Origin: a candidate division FCPU426 bacterium
GTDB taxonomy: Bacteria; Oederibacteriota; JAAXVQ01; JAUVAV01
Direction of reading: 5' to 3'
NCBI GenBank assembly: GCA_030637655.1
Contig: DAOWGI010000024.1
Coordinates: forward strand, 16,029-80,028
Length of the DNA stretch: 64,000 bases
Numbering within the stretch: the stretch's first letter is position 1; each line of letters starts with the position of its first letter. Under the pieces are notes generated by a model. That model was not told the DNA's origin. It saw only the letters and a program-made list of their open reading frames with translations, and did not search any database. Shown in pieces: positions 20,701 to 29,600 of the stretch. The translations under genes and the position numbers were made by a program.

Positions 20701-23700
20701 AGGTATTCCAAAAACGAGGGAGGGCCGGCCAGATTATTTAAAAAGGCTTTTTCCTGCAGACCTGACTGGGGTAATCCTACGGAATCATTTATTTCATAAG
20801 CATCCCCGAATAAGGGAGCAATGCGTTCCTGCTGAGAGACACTAAGCTGAAAATTCAGGCCAACATAAAATTCGGTACGAAGATATCCCCGGTAATTGCC
20901 GGTTTTTCCGGCCAGCCGCTCAAATTTTCTTTGGCGGTATAAAGTGCCCAGATAGCTATGTGACACTATGTGGTCCTGAGGTGCTAATCCTGACAGCTCC
21001 GCAGGTTCGAACATAGGGTGTAGGTGGCATGACATATTCAAGTGTTGCGGCATATTTACCATCATGGTCTCAAAGGATATAGGCTGCTCATGCACATGAA
21101 GTCTTATTTCAAAAGCCTGGTATTGAAAGGAGTTCTGATTTTTCCAGAAAACATAAACCATCTTCTTATTATAGAAAAAGGAAAGGCCTTTGAATTCATC
21201 CAGGTCCGGAAAATCGATTGTGGACGTGTACTTCCCCAGAGGGATTAAAGCATGATTTGTGGGATCAGTGATGGAATCAGCCAAAATAGGAATAGTATGT
21301 CGCAGGGTTTTCTCCCCCCAGGGAGAATCCAGGATATTATGAAAAGAAATGGGAACCATATAATAACCGGTCTGGGCTGATCTCGTTGTTTTCATGAATA
21401 GCATGCAGACACTCTGGTTAGAATATCCAAATTGGCAGGCGCCTAGGCAGGAGATGCGTTCGTTGGTATCCTCCAGAAGAGTTAATTCCTCGAAATCAGT
21501 ACCCAATGCATTAAGACGGGTCCAATATATTTTGGAACGCGATCCCTGTATTGTGAAAAACAGACTGGGAGCAGTCTGGTCATTATTGGTATTTAATACC
21601 ACAGCTTCAAAACCTGTGCCGGCAAGATCCGGTTCATAGGTGGTTAATTCATCTGACCAGGCCAGGCTTTTTACATCCAGTCTGGCAAATGCAATCTGAC
21701 GGGAGGCCTGATCCTTGATTTTGGCAAAAACATAAACATAGGATTCATCCTCATTGGGTCTGAAAGGAATTGCGCCTATTATTTTATCGACCATCACACC
21801 CTCAAAAGGCGGGATTAAAGACCAATACCTTTGATTCGGATTATTGCCAATATTGTTTTCGCAAAGCGACCAGTATGCTCTGTGGGTTGCTCCACCGCGC
21901 GCGAACATGCTAAGAGGATATTTCTGCGTTTCCCAAGGCCAGGCCCGGAAGTGGCAGCTGGCTTCCACAGTTAAGAAGCGGATGTCATTAAAATAATCCG
22001 TATATATTTTGGCAATTTTATCGGCATCCAGGCTGGTGAATCTATAATTACTCTGTATCGTGCGCAGCAAATCAGTAAACACAGGCGTGGGATGGTTGCG
22101 AAAACCAGGCAGCAATATATTCTCAGGATACAGGAAAACACCCATGGCAGCTTTCCAGGTTTCGTACGAGCCGATCCATTGCCACTCTTTATCAAAATAT
22201 GCATTAGGCAGTATCTCCAAACCAGCTATATTCAAATCTCCATTTCGCAAAGAGAAGAACAAACTTTGGAGCGTGGTTATGGCCTGGGATACACGGGTGG
22301 TCTTCCGGCAGGAACCTGTCCGGAAATCCAGGAGCAGGCGGCTGCCCAGCTGCTGCGCTTTTTCAGCATCCGTATTGCCATTGGCGGCGGATGCTGCTAT
22401 CCACTGGTCGCGCAGCAGCTCCAGCGTATTCTCTTCACAGGAATCAACTGCTTCAGCCAGACCCGCGATTACCGAATCAATTTGATTGAATCTGCTTTTC
22501 AAGGTATTCTGCCAGGCGCGGCGGTCCTGCCAATTGGCGCGATAGGGGATAAGCTCTTTTGGTTCCTCCTCCGCTAAAATAAAATAATCCGGACTCAATA
22601 AAATTGATTGTTCAATCTCAGCTCTCTGCCACTTAAAGCAGCCGCGTTTTTTCACAACCTCCAGTAAAATATTATAAACCTGATCCCACTCAACCGGCAT
22701 TACCCCAGCCTGGCTTTTGGCCAAATCCAGAATCTTTGTCAGATAATCAAGACCGGCATAAGTAAGATTCCATTGCCTTAGAATATCAGGCAGCTCTTTT
22801 ATCTCGTCGCGAATATTTGAGAGGTTCTTTAGAATATTCAAATTTACGCCCATAATACTATAAACAGCCAAATGAAAAGTAAATACAGAATCAAGCACAA
22901 TTATCTGGATGCGGTGATTAAAAGAATCAGCTGCATAGATATTGCCCTGCCGGTCAACTGTCAGACCGCGGGGTGATCGAAACTGCAGGTCGCCGGATCC
23001 CAGACTGCCCCAGGAGTCAACAAAATCACCTTCAGGTCTGATTTTCTGAACCCGGTTATTATCATCAGTGACATAGATATTATTATCAGAGTCAATCGCA
23101 ATCCCCTGGGGCCGGCGGAACTGACCCTGGTCCTGACCTTCTGTTCCGATGGTTTTATAAAATTGATAATCCGCGGCAAAAACCTGGATGCGGTGGTTCT
23201 CATTATCCGCCACATACAATTTGCCGTCCTGGCTGACAGCAATATCCACCGGCAGATTAAATTCTAACTGACCGGAGCCTGCCTGGCCGAAAGCATGAAT
23301 AAATTCTCCCTGGCTGTTAAATATCTGTATTCTGTGATTGTTCCGGTCAGCCACATGCACCCTGCCCTTATTATCAATGGCCAATCCGCCCGGATTTTTA
23401 AAAGTGCTGTTTTCAGGTCTGTTGTCCGGAGATTTCCGTCCCCACTTCAAAATAAAAGTGCCGTCGCAATCAAATTTTTGTATTCTGTGATTGTTGTTGT
23501 CAGAAACATAGATGTAACCGTTGGTATCGATGGCCAGATATTCGGGGAAGAAAAATTGGCCTGCCTGATTGCCCTGCGCCCCCCACTCTTTAATAAAATC
23601 GCCAAAAAGGCTGAATTTCTGGATTCTGCAGTTGTCGCGATCAACCACATAGACATATCCTCGTTTTTCATCCAATACCACACCACGGGGAGATTGAAAT

Positions 23701-26663
23701 TGATAAAACTTATGTCCTTCCTCACCCCAAATGAAGCACTCTCTTGGCCTGAATAAATGCCTAATGCTCTGCAATTGTCCTCTCATATAAACTTGACGGG
23801 CATTTAACAGGGGAAACGCAGGATTCACATTATAAGGCTGCCTCAAGTCGTCAATGCCTATTAAGTCGGGATCAATAACAGGTGCGCTGCTGTTTTTAAT
23901 TAATCTATTTGTCCAGACCAGTCTCTCATCAATGCCGGCGCGCCAATGGGGCAGGCTGTGTTTTAATACTTTCCAATAATAGAAATATCCGGTTTCTTCT
24001 TCAACCAGCCATAAACCTAAAAGCTTTCTTTGCTTATAACTGGAAGTCATGAGACGGCAGAGGGTTTTAAGGTCTTCAGGAATGAGTTGGCTGGAATTAT
24101 CCAATTTTTGCTTAATTCTGATTACTTGATTAAAATCACTTGTTTCCATATAAAAGTGATTATGCACTTGATTTTCCGCCTCTGCCATGACCTCCGGGTC
24201 AAAACTTTTTAGTTTCCCGCTTAGCAGCATGAGGTATTCCAGCCAGGTATCAGGAATATCATTTCCGCCAGGCAGAGGGCCCAGGCCGGCTTGCAATAAC
24301 ACATCCAGTCCATCAGAGATGAATGCTGATTTAATATTATCTCCGGCTTTATCCAGAGTGTTTCTGCGCGTAAGCCAGGCCTGCTTCGCGGCCTCGCCAA
24401 TAGCTGAGTTTAAAATACCTTTATATTCAAGTTTCTCAGGATCAATTAAGGGCCGGTTCAGGTGAATAGCAGGAGAAAATTCCTTGATCTGAGGCGGGCC
24501 GGCAGAGATGATAAAATGACGGGGCGAGAAGATGATGGGCCCCTCCGGGATAGTCGCTTCTTCGCTGATCCAATTATTAAACTGGCTCTGTTTTTTAGCT
24601 CCCAATAATATGGAAGTTAATTCCAGCGCATCTTCCTGCTCAGGAGCATGGGGATTGCTCTTGATATCCATCAGTTTCAGGAAAGCAGCAGGGCTGAGTC
24701 TTAGATCATTTAATAACCTCGCTTTGACTTGGTCGATTTCATCCGGCGTGCCCTGGGTTAGCTGAAGATAGAGCGCGTCCAATGATTCCAAAGGAGTTGT
24801 GTTTGACCAGGGATGGCCGGCGTCAAGCGCCGGTGTATCCGGGGTATGCTTAAAAACCATATAGTTTAAGGGCTCATACATTCCGGATAAAGCAGCATCA
24901 ATATTCATTGCTTGGGTAAGATCGCCTCGTATATCCTGCCAGCAGTTATCCAGCCACATACGCCGGTGTTGCCATAAGCCAAAATGCAATTGGGATAAAG
25001 TCTGAGGCTGTCTGATATCCTCCGGCCCCATAATGTCAGGGTCAATAATCGGCAGTTCCTGGCAAGTGTAGGCATCATCCCAATGATCCAGTTTCTCCCA
25101 TATGGTGCGCAGATGCTTTAAGCGCCAGCAGGCCAGGTTGGGAATGAGGGAGATTTGGCACCTTAAAAGCCGGGAATCAAGCTTAACGATTAATTCTGCG
25201 CTAAGTCCGCTATGGTTTCTCTCTTCCAAAATAATCGTGCCCGAAGCCTGAGAAAACATCCCGGATTCCGCCAGAGGCTCCTTTCCCGCCTGCTCGCGGA
25301 AAATACGGGCAATATAACTGTTGGTATTGGCCTGATATGCAATATCAATGATAACATTGCCTTCTTTATCAGTGTTTTTGTTCCATTGCACACCCTGAAA
25401 CTTCCATTGCTTTAGGTGGTTGTTCTCATCACCGATTTTTAATCCAAGGGATAAAGGGGATGCGGCAGAGTCTTGTTCTGTGTCAGGCAATCCGAAGAAT
25501 TCTTCCAACCAGGACTCGGTGAGGCTGTTAGGTGTCAAAAATAAATTGTCCAGCTCATCCGGCCGGGTATCACTAAGATCAAGGCCGATGCGGTCTGCCA
25601 GGGATTGCCGTTTCTCCTGACTTTCAGTACGGATAAGCCGGATATCATCATATGAGGTGCCGATCTTTTGGAGTAATCGTTTATAGGCTTCAAAGAGATA
25701 GTCATTAATATCAACCGAATCAATATTCCGGCCCTTTAGATATCGTCTTAATACTTCAATCGCAATACGGACCTGACGGGTCCTGGTATTCACCTGCTCG
25801 CAGGATAATGCCAGGTTGGCCAGGGGCTGGAAAAACAATTCTTCCACCTGGTCAACATTCAAAGGCTCCTGATTTAATTGGATGTTATTCTTAACATAAT
25901 TTAGAAGATCAACCAGGTAAGCCAGGGGGCTGACCGCGGATTCGCAGTCCCGGCATTCGCATTGTGTATCAATGCCAAGTTTTTCTGTCAGGCTATCGTT
26001 CATAGTCTGAAAATTATGGGCTTTTTCAACCTTTAGGCCGGTATATATATTCGCAATTGCGGCAGCTTGGGCGGCTGCCTTATTATATAAGGAAGAAGCC
26101 TTATTCTCTGCAATGCCTTCTTTTCCGATTTTTTTGCTGAAATCAGGCCGGGATAGTTTGCTGATATCCAGACTATTTAAAAAACCCAGCCGGATGAGTT
26201 TCTGATTGATATCAAGGTCCTGGGAGATAAGTTCCAGATAAGCATGCGCTTCCACTTCTTTTATCGTCTTTTCCATGTCAGCGCTCGGCTTCTCCGGTTT
26301 TGGCAGACCGCCTTGTTGGCGGATATCAGAGAGTGTTTTTATTTTAGTTTTGTCCAGAATGGCTTTTATTTCTTTAGTATGCATGCCGGAGACAAGTTTA
26401 TTAAGATCAGTAACAGGGATCAATCCGGCCGGCTCTTTTACAGGAATGGAAGGGATGTCAACAGGTAGAACTGGAAGAGGTTTAATGACCTTTTTTTTGA
26501 AATCTTTGCTTTTAACTTGTTTTGTAACCTCAGGTTTTTTCTTGGCTTTTTGAACCAAAGGTTTTGGTCTGGCTTTGTTTGCTTTTGCGGATTTGGCCTG
26601 CTTGCCTGCTGCCGGGCGTTTTTTCTTTAGTGTTTTTTTAGAGGTTTTGGCTTTTTTGAGCAT
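17742..26663 (-). CDS. Tc toxin A subunit-like protein (2973 aa) with an inserted NHL beta-propeller
   Basis: VSPLAYLVDLL, KTTRVSQAITTLQ, W.W...YETWKAAMGVFLYPEN.L.P, FCIPKNP, YRYEFLLAR, KTISL, RDFPGHYLRMIKQV and LPFEGMG motifs; GGAGG RBS. Confidence 0.9.
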   Translation of the reverse strand: MLKKAKTSKKTLKKKRPAAGKQAKSAKANKARPKPLVQKAKKKPEVTKQVKSKDFKKKVIKPLPVLPVDIPSIPVKEPAGLIPVTDLNKLVSGMHTKEIKAILDKTKIKTLSDIRQQGGLPKPEKPSADMEKTIKEVEAHAYLELISQDLDINQKLIRLGFLNSLDISKLSRPDFSKKIGKEGIAENKASSLYNKAAAQAAAIANIYTGLKVEKAHNFQTMNDSLTEKLGIDTQCECRDCESAVSPLAYLVDLLNYVKNNIQLNQEPLNVDQVEELFFQPLANLALSCEQVNTRTRQVRIAIEVLRRYLKGRNIDSVDINDYLFEAYKRLLQKIGTSYDDIRLIRTESQEKRQSLADRIGLDLSDTRPDELDNLFLTPNSLTESWLEEFFGLPDTEQDSAASPLSLGLKIGDENNHLKQWKFQGVQWNKNTDKEGNVIIDIAYQANTNSYIARIFREQAGKEPLAESGMFSQASGTIILEERNHSGLSAELIVKLDSRLLRCQISLIPNLACWRLKHLRTIWEKLDHWDDAYTCQELPIIDPDIMGPEDIRQPQTLSQLHFGLWQHRRMWLDNCWQDIRGDLTQAMNIDAALSGMYEPLNYMVFKHTPDTPALDAGHPWSNTTPLESLDALYLQLTQGTPDEIDQVKARLLNDLRLSPAAFLKLMDIKSNPHAPEQEDALELTSILLGAKKQSQFNNWISEEATIPEGPIIFSPRHFIISAGPPQIKEFSPAIHLNRPLIDPEKLEYKGILNSAIGEAAKQAWLTRRNTLDKAGDNIKSAFISDGLDVLLQAGLGPLPGGNDIPDTWLEYLMLLSGKLKSFDPEVMAEAENQVHNHFYMETSDFNQVIRIKQKLDNSSQLIPEDLKTLCRLMTSSYKQRKLLGLWLVEEETGYFYYWKVLKHSLPHWRAGIDERLVWTNRLIKNSSAPVIDPDLIGIDDLRQPYNVNPAFPLLNARQVYMRGQLQSIRHLFRPRECFIWGEEGHKFYQFQSPRGVVLDEKRGYVYVVDRDNCRIQKFSLFGDFIKEWGAQGNQAGQFFFPEYLAIDTNGYIYVSDNNNHRIQKFDCDGTFILKWGRKSPDNRPENSTFKNPGGLAIDNKGRVHVADRNNHRIQIFNSQGEFIHAFGQAGSGQLEFNLPVDIAVSQDGKLYVADNENHRIQVFAADYQFYKTIGTEGQDQGQFRRPQGIAIDSDNNIYVTDDNNRVQKIRPEGDFVDSWGSLGSGDLQFRSPRGLTVDRQGNIYAADSFNHRIQIIVLDSVFTFHLAVYSIMGVNLNILKNLSNIRDEIKELPDILRQWNLTYAGLDYLTKILDLAKSQAGVMPVEWDQVYNILLEVVKKRGCFKWQRAEIEQSILLSPDYFILAEEEPKELIPYRANWQDRRAWQNTLKSRFNQIDSVIAGLAEAVDSCEENTLELLRDQWIAASAANGNTDAEKAQQLGSRLLLDFRTGSCRKTTRVSQAITTLQSLFFSLRNGDLNIAGLEILPNAYFDKEWQWIGSYETWKAAMGVFLYPENILLPGFRNHPTPVFTDLLRTIQSNYRFTSLDADKIAKIYTDYFNDIRFLTVEASCHFRAWPWETQKYPLSMFARGGATHRAYWSLCENNIGNNPNQRYWSLIPPFEGVMVDKIIGAIPFRPNEDESYVYVFAKIKDQASRQIAFARLDVKSLAWSDELTTYEPDLAGTGFEAVVLNTNNDQTAPSLFFTIQGSRSKIYWTRLNALGTDFEELTLLEDTNERISCLGACQFGYSNQSVCMLFMKTTRSAQTGYYMVPISFHNILDSPWGEKTLRHTIPILADSITDPTNHALIPLGKYTSTIDFPDLDEFKGLSFFYNKKMVYVFWKNQNSFQYQAFEIRLHVHEQPISFETMMVNMPQHLNMSCHLHPMFEPAELSGLAPQDHIVSHSYLGTLYRQRKFERLAGKTGNYRGYLRTEFYVGLNFQLSVSQQERIAPLFGDAYEINDSVGLPQSGLQEKAFLNNLAGPPSFLEYLKEAFYYLPLSFALQLQRNHEYQAALTWYRTIYNYEAAAGERKIYHGLKLEEDTAKGFNRPEEWLQDPLNCHGIASARRNTYSRNILIMIIQCILDYADAEFTYDTVESLPRARMMYETAERLLKSDVLNYGQKVCEQIIGYLELALKRDFASSEAQTIIDKLKQANSPAVLKEAKRIIDAAKSKDQTIAAVNNLVREHKENKPASIKEVLTVSQPDLSPLYQKICQTGYLNNNMPEAELSPAYFPFFGVFNSMQSYSFCIPKNPLIDLLGFQAEINLYKLRNCRNIAGMKRELSDYAAPIDILSALPSIGSGGTMNLATRIVPPPIPYRYEFLLARTKELVSIAQQIENAMLAALEKYEQEKYNLLKARQDAELARAGVKLQNLRLKKANDEVYLAMAQLESADIQETTYQAWLAQGINAWEQKLLRTYTEALIYRRMIAQVQASKEAAVAITIAATATVGVAAAVGSAGIVSTAAALQAYLTDKKLSVETAGQIASFYAAHERREQEWTLQLQLAGNAKVIGKQQVKISEDNVKIVGQEKKISEIQAKQVEEIIEFLRSKETNIELYRWMLKVLENVYSYFLQQATATARMAQNQLAFERQEQAPTFIQNDYWVAAPENMASSKASEDTVDRHGLTGSARLLTDLYKLDQYKFETEKRKLQLSKTISLAGLAPYEFQRFRETGVIIFGTPLELFERDFPGHYLRMIKQVRTSVIALIPPIQGIKATLSTVGVSNLVTNNNGLFQTITAYRAPESVALTSPMNATGVFELQTPSDMLLPFEGMGVDTLWEFKMPRAANHFDFKSIADVLITIDYTALDSPDYRQLVIDSLPTTTDGDRAFSFRHQFADQWFDLHNPGQSEYPMSVSFKTSWDDFPVNLSQLGIKQVLLYLSSQKEDLAPFTATLKFLPNDPAAPTELGGEAAWVDKLISTRHGNGSPWLALQGKAPAGTWTLELPNTAYVKKLFADNIIEDILLVITYSGKGPDW

Positions 26664-26693
26664 GATATTACCTCCCTCGCAAAAATAAAATTG

Positions 26694-29600
26694 CTATCTG
26701 CCTTGCTTTAAACAGTGACTATACTTGCAGGGATCGTTAATTTTATCCCAGTCTATTGGCGGCTGGTTAATATTGAAAAACAATACTTCGTGCTCTCTGC
26801 CGCCGATTTTCATAACACCATGTTTTTCATTGAGCCCCAATAGATGTTCAGGCTTTCTGGGATACTTATCGCTAATGCCTAATTTAAAAAGCAGGAGTTT
26901 TATAAAATAATCTTCTTCTTTTGCCATGCCTTCTCCCCAGTGGGGATCAACCATTATATGATCAGGCATGGAATTGGTTCCGGCCGGGGTATCCTGACCT
27001 AAACTTGCGACACCTCCAACTATACCCGCTCCCCTACCAACAACCTTAACACCGGCAAAGATTTTATGACGTAATTTGGGTGCGGATTCTGGTAAATTTC
27101 GCAAAACGTCTTTAAGAGGAACTTCTTTGGTTATTTGTCCTAATTTAATACTGTCCGGTACACTTTGGGGCGCTCGGGGAACTCTTTTGGGATAACTTCC
27201 CTCCGCCGCCCTTTCATTTGAAGCGAAATCTGTTAACTCATATGCCTGGTTTGTAGGGACATCACCTGCCTGCAAAGAATAAAGCGTTTTTAAATCTTCA
27301 TACCACGTGGTTGGTCTGGGAGCCAGGCTGCCGCTTCCTGATGATCTAACGGTAAGGTTACCAGCGGTTTTGTTGACATTTTTGCGGCTTTTAGTAGAAG
27401 AACTCCAGGCAGCTTGATCAACAGCATTCTGTCCGCGTGATACATCAGCATGCATTTTTTTTGAAAAGTCGCCTTTTTTCTGGCTAATACAAGTTACTTG
27501 GCCATGAAGTGCATCCTTGCCACCTTTTCCAACAGGTTTATCTGTGTGTGCTCCGCTTTGTCTAAGATGGTGACCGGCTTCTTCACTATAGGGACCGGTT
27601 ACTAAATTAAGTTTTGCTTCATCGGATTCAAGTCCGGAAGTATCCATAAATGTTAGAGGATTATTTCTACTGTACTGATATAAATCAATACTATCTATTG
27701 CGCCTTTAGGATCACAGCTTATCCACCGGCAGAGCCAGGGAGCGTAATACCTGGCAGCATGATAATTAAGTCCGCTCTCTTCGTCCCTTTCCTGGCCGGT
27801 AAACCGGTAGCGTTTTTTGGAAAAGCTGCCATAGCCGGTCTCGCCAAAAGGCGTGAACTCCTCGCGATTGGTCCAGATTCCGTCAGCGCCTATGACCAGA
27901 TTACTGCTGCCCAGATGGTCATTAAGTTGATACTGGATATCAGGCGTATTGTCATTATCAAAAGCAGGTCCTTTTCTTATGATCGCAATACGCGTGGAAT
28001 CATCCATAACATGCAGATGGTTATTCTCTTTAGCGCCCTCCCACTTGCTATGCTCAAACATACCATCTATATATACTGTGCTCTCAGCCGGCTGATGGCC
28101 TTGGCGCTTAACCCATTTCTTGATACGGGTTCCGTCAGAACCATATAAATATCCGGCTGTCATAGAAGGTTCCCGGCTGCCTGCCGGTTTATCTTGGAAA
28201 ATTTTGAGTCTGTCCGCGTAGTCCCATTCAAAATGGCGGTTGGAATGTTCTTTGATCAGGTTGCCATTCGCATCATAACTATATGAATAAGCATTATCAC
28301 TAATTATTAATTTATCCATTTTATTGCTGTTGGATAGCACGGATAATTCTCTGGTAAAACTGCCTGCGCCTGCAATATGTTTTAAAGTTTGCATATTGCC
28401 GGCATCATCATAAGTGTATTGCTGCGTATATAACCTGGTCTGGCCGGGATCCTGGGGTGTGATCTGATTCTGCCAAGGCAGGGAATCAGGATTTTTATCA
28501 TACTCTCTGCCGCCGGCCTGGCTTAACTGGTAAAAGGGATCATATTCAAATTGCCGCAATAAGTGGTCCTTACCATTGATGCTGCCCGGCACACCGCAAT
28601 CAGACGCGCGGTCGTCAATGCCGGTAATATTGCCGGTAAGATCATAATTGTATATGGAATCCTGCAGCACAGGACCTTGTCCCATCCAGTTCTCCGGGGT
28701 GGATAATTTGCTGTAATGCTCGCTCCGCATACGTACCAGGTGGAACGATCTGGGATCATAGGCGTAGCGCGTCATTATGCCATTGCCATAAGCAATCAGC
28801 ACCCGCTGACCTTTGGCACTGTAGGCAATTCTTTTAACATATAGTTCATGATTGATAAAAACCTGATTCAAGGACCCGGCCTGGTTATATTCGGGAACAA
28901 GTTTTGCTCTGCTGCCGTTTACATCCTCAGGATAGATAACAGTGAGCGGACGATTTAGGGCATCATACTTGGTACTGGTCTGATAGGATTGTGTTTCCAG
29001 CGCCTGGTCAGTATCAGGGATTATCCAATTGGCACTCCAGTTATCTGCAATAGCCTGATCTGAGATAGTACGCCGGGATTTTTCCAGAAGATTGCCCTTG
29101 AAATCATATTCTGAAAAATCCTGAAGACCGGCGTCATCATAAAACTTGAAAACCCGGCCCAAAAGATATTGGGATCCGGCTGTTTCGCGGTTTAGGCCTG
29201 AGCCTGTTTCATCATCACCATAAATAATCAGCTCTCTGCAGGTCATGGGATCATGGTTTAGATCGCGCGCCCATTTGTGTGTGGGGCGCATGAGCGCATC
29301 GTACTCCTGCATAATGATCGATCCTTTGCTGTCACGGGATTCAATAGCTTTTCCCAGGGCCGAGAAAACAGTGGTTTTAATGCCGGCGTCAAGGCTGGTA
29401 ATGCGCAGAGGTTGATTGGCCAGGTCATAGGCCTGCTGAAAAGCCGGCCGGTTTTGGGTATCAAAAACCTCAATGACATTTCCGCGTATATCATAGCGGG
29501 ATCTGGTGATCAGAAAATCAGTGTCAGGGTTTAATCCTCTGCGTGCCAGGCTGCAGAGAGTTCTGCCCAGACCGTCTATCAGCACACTGCCAGGTGTATA

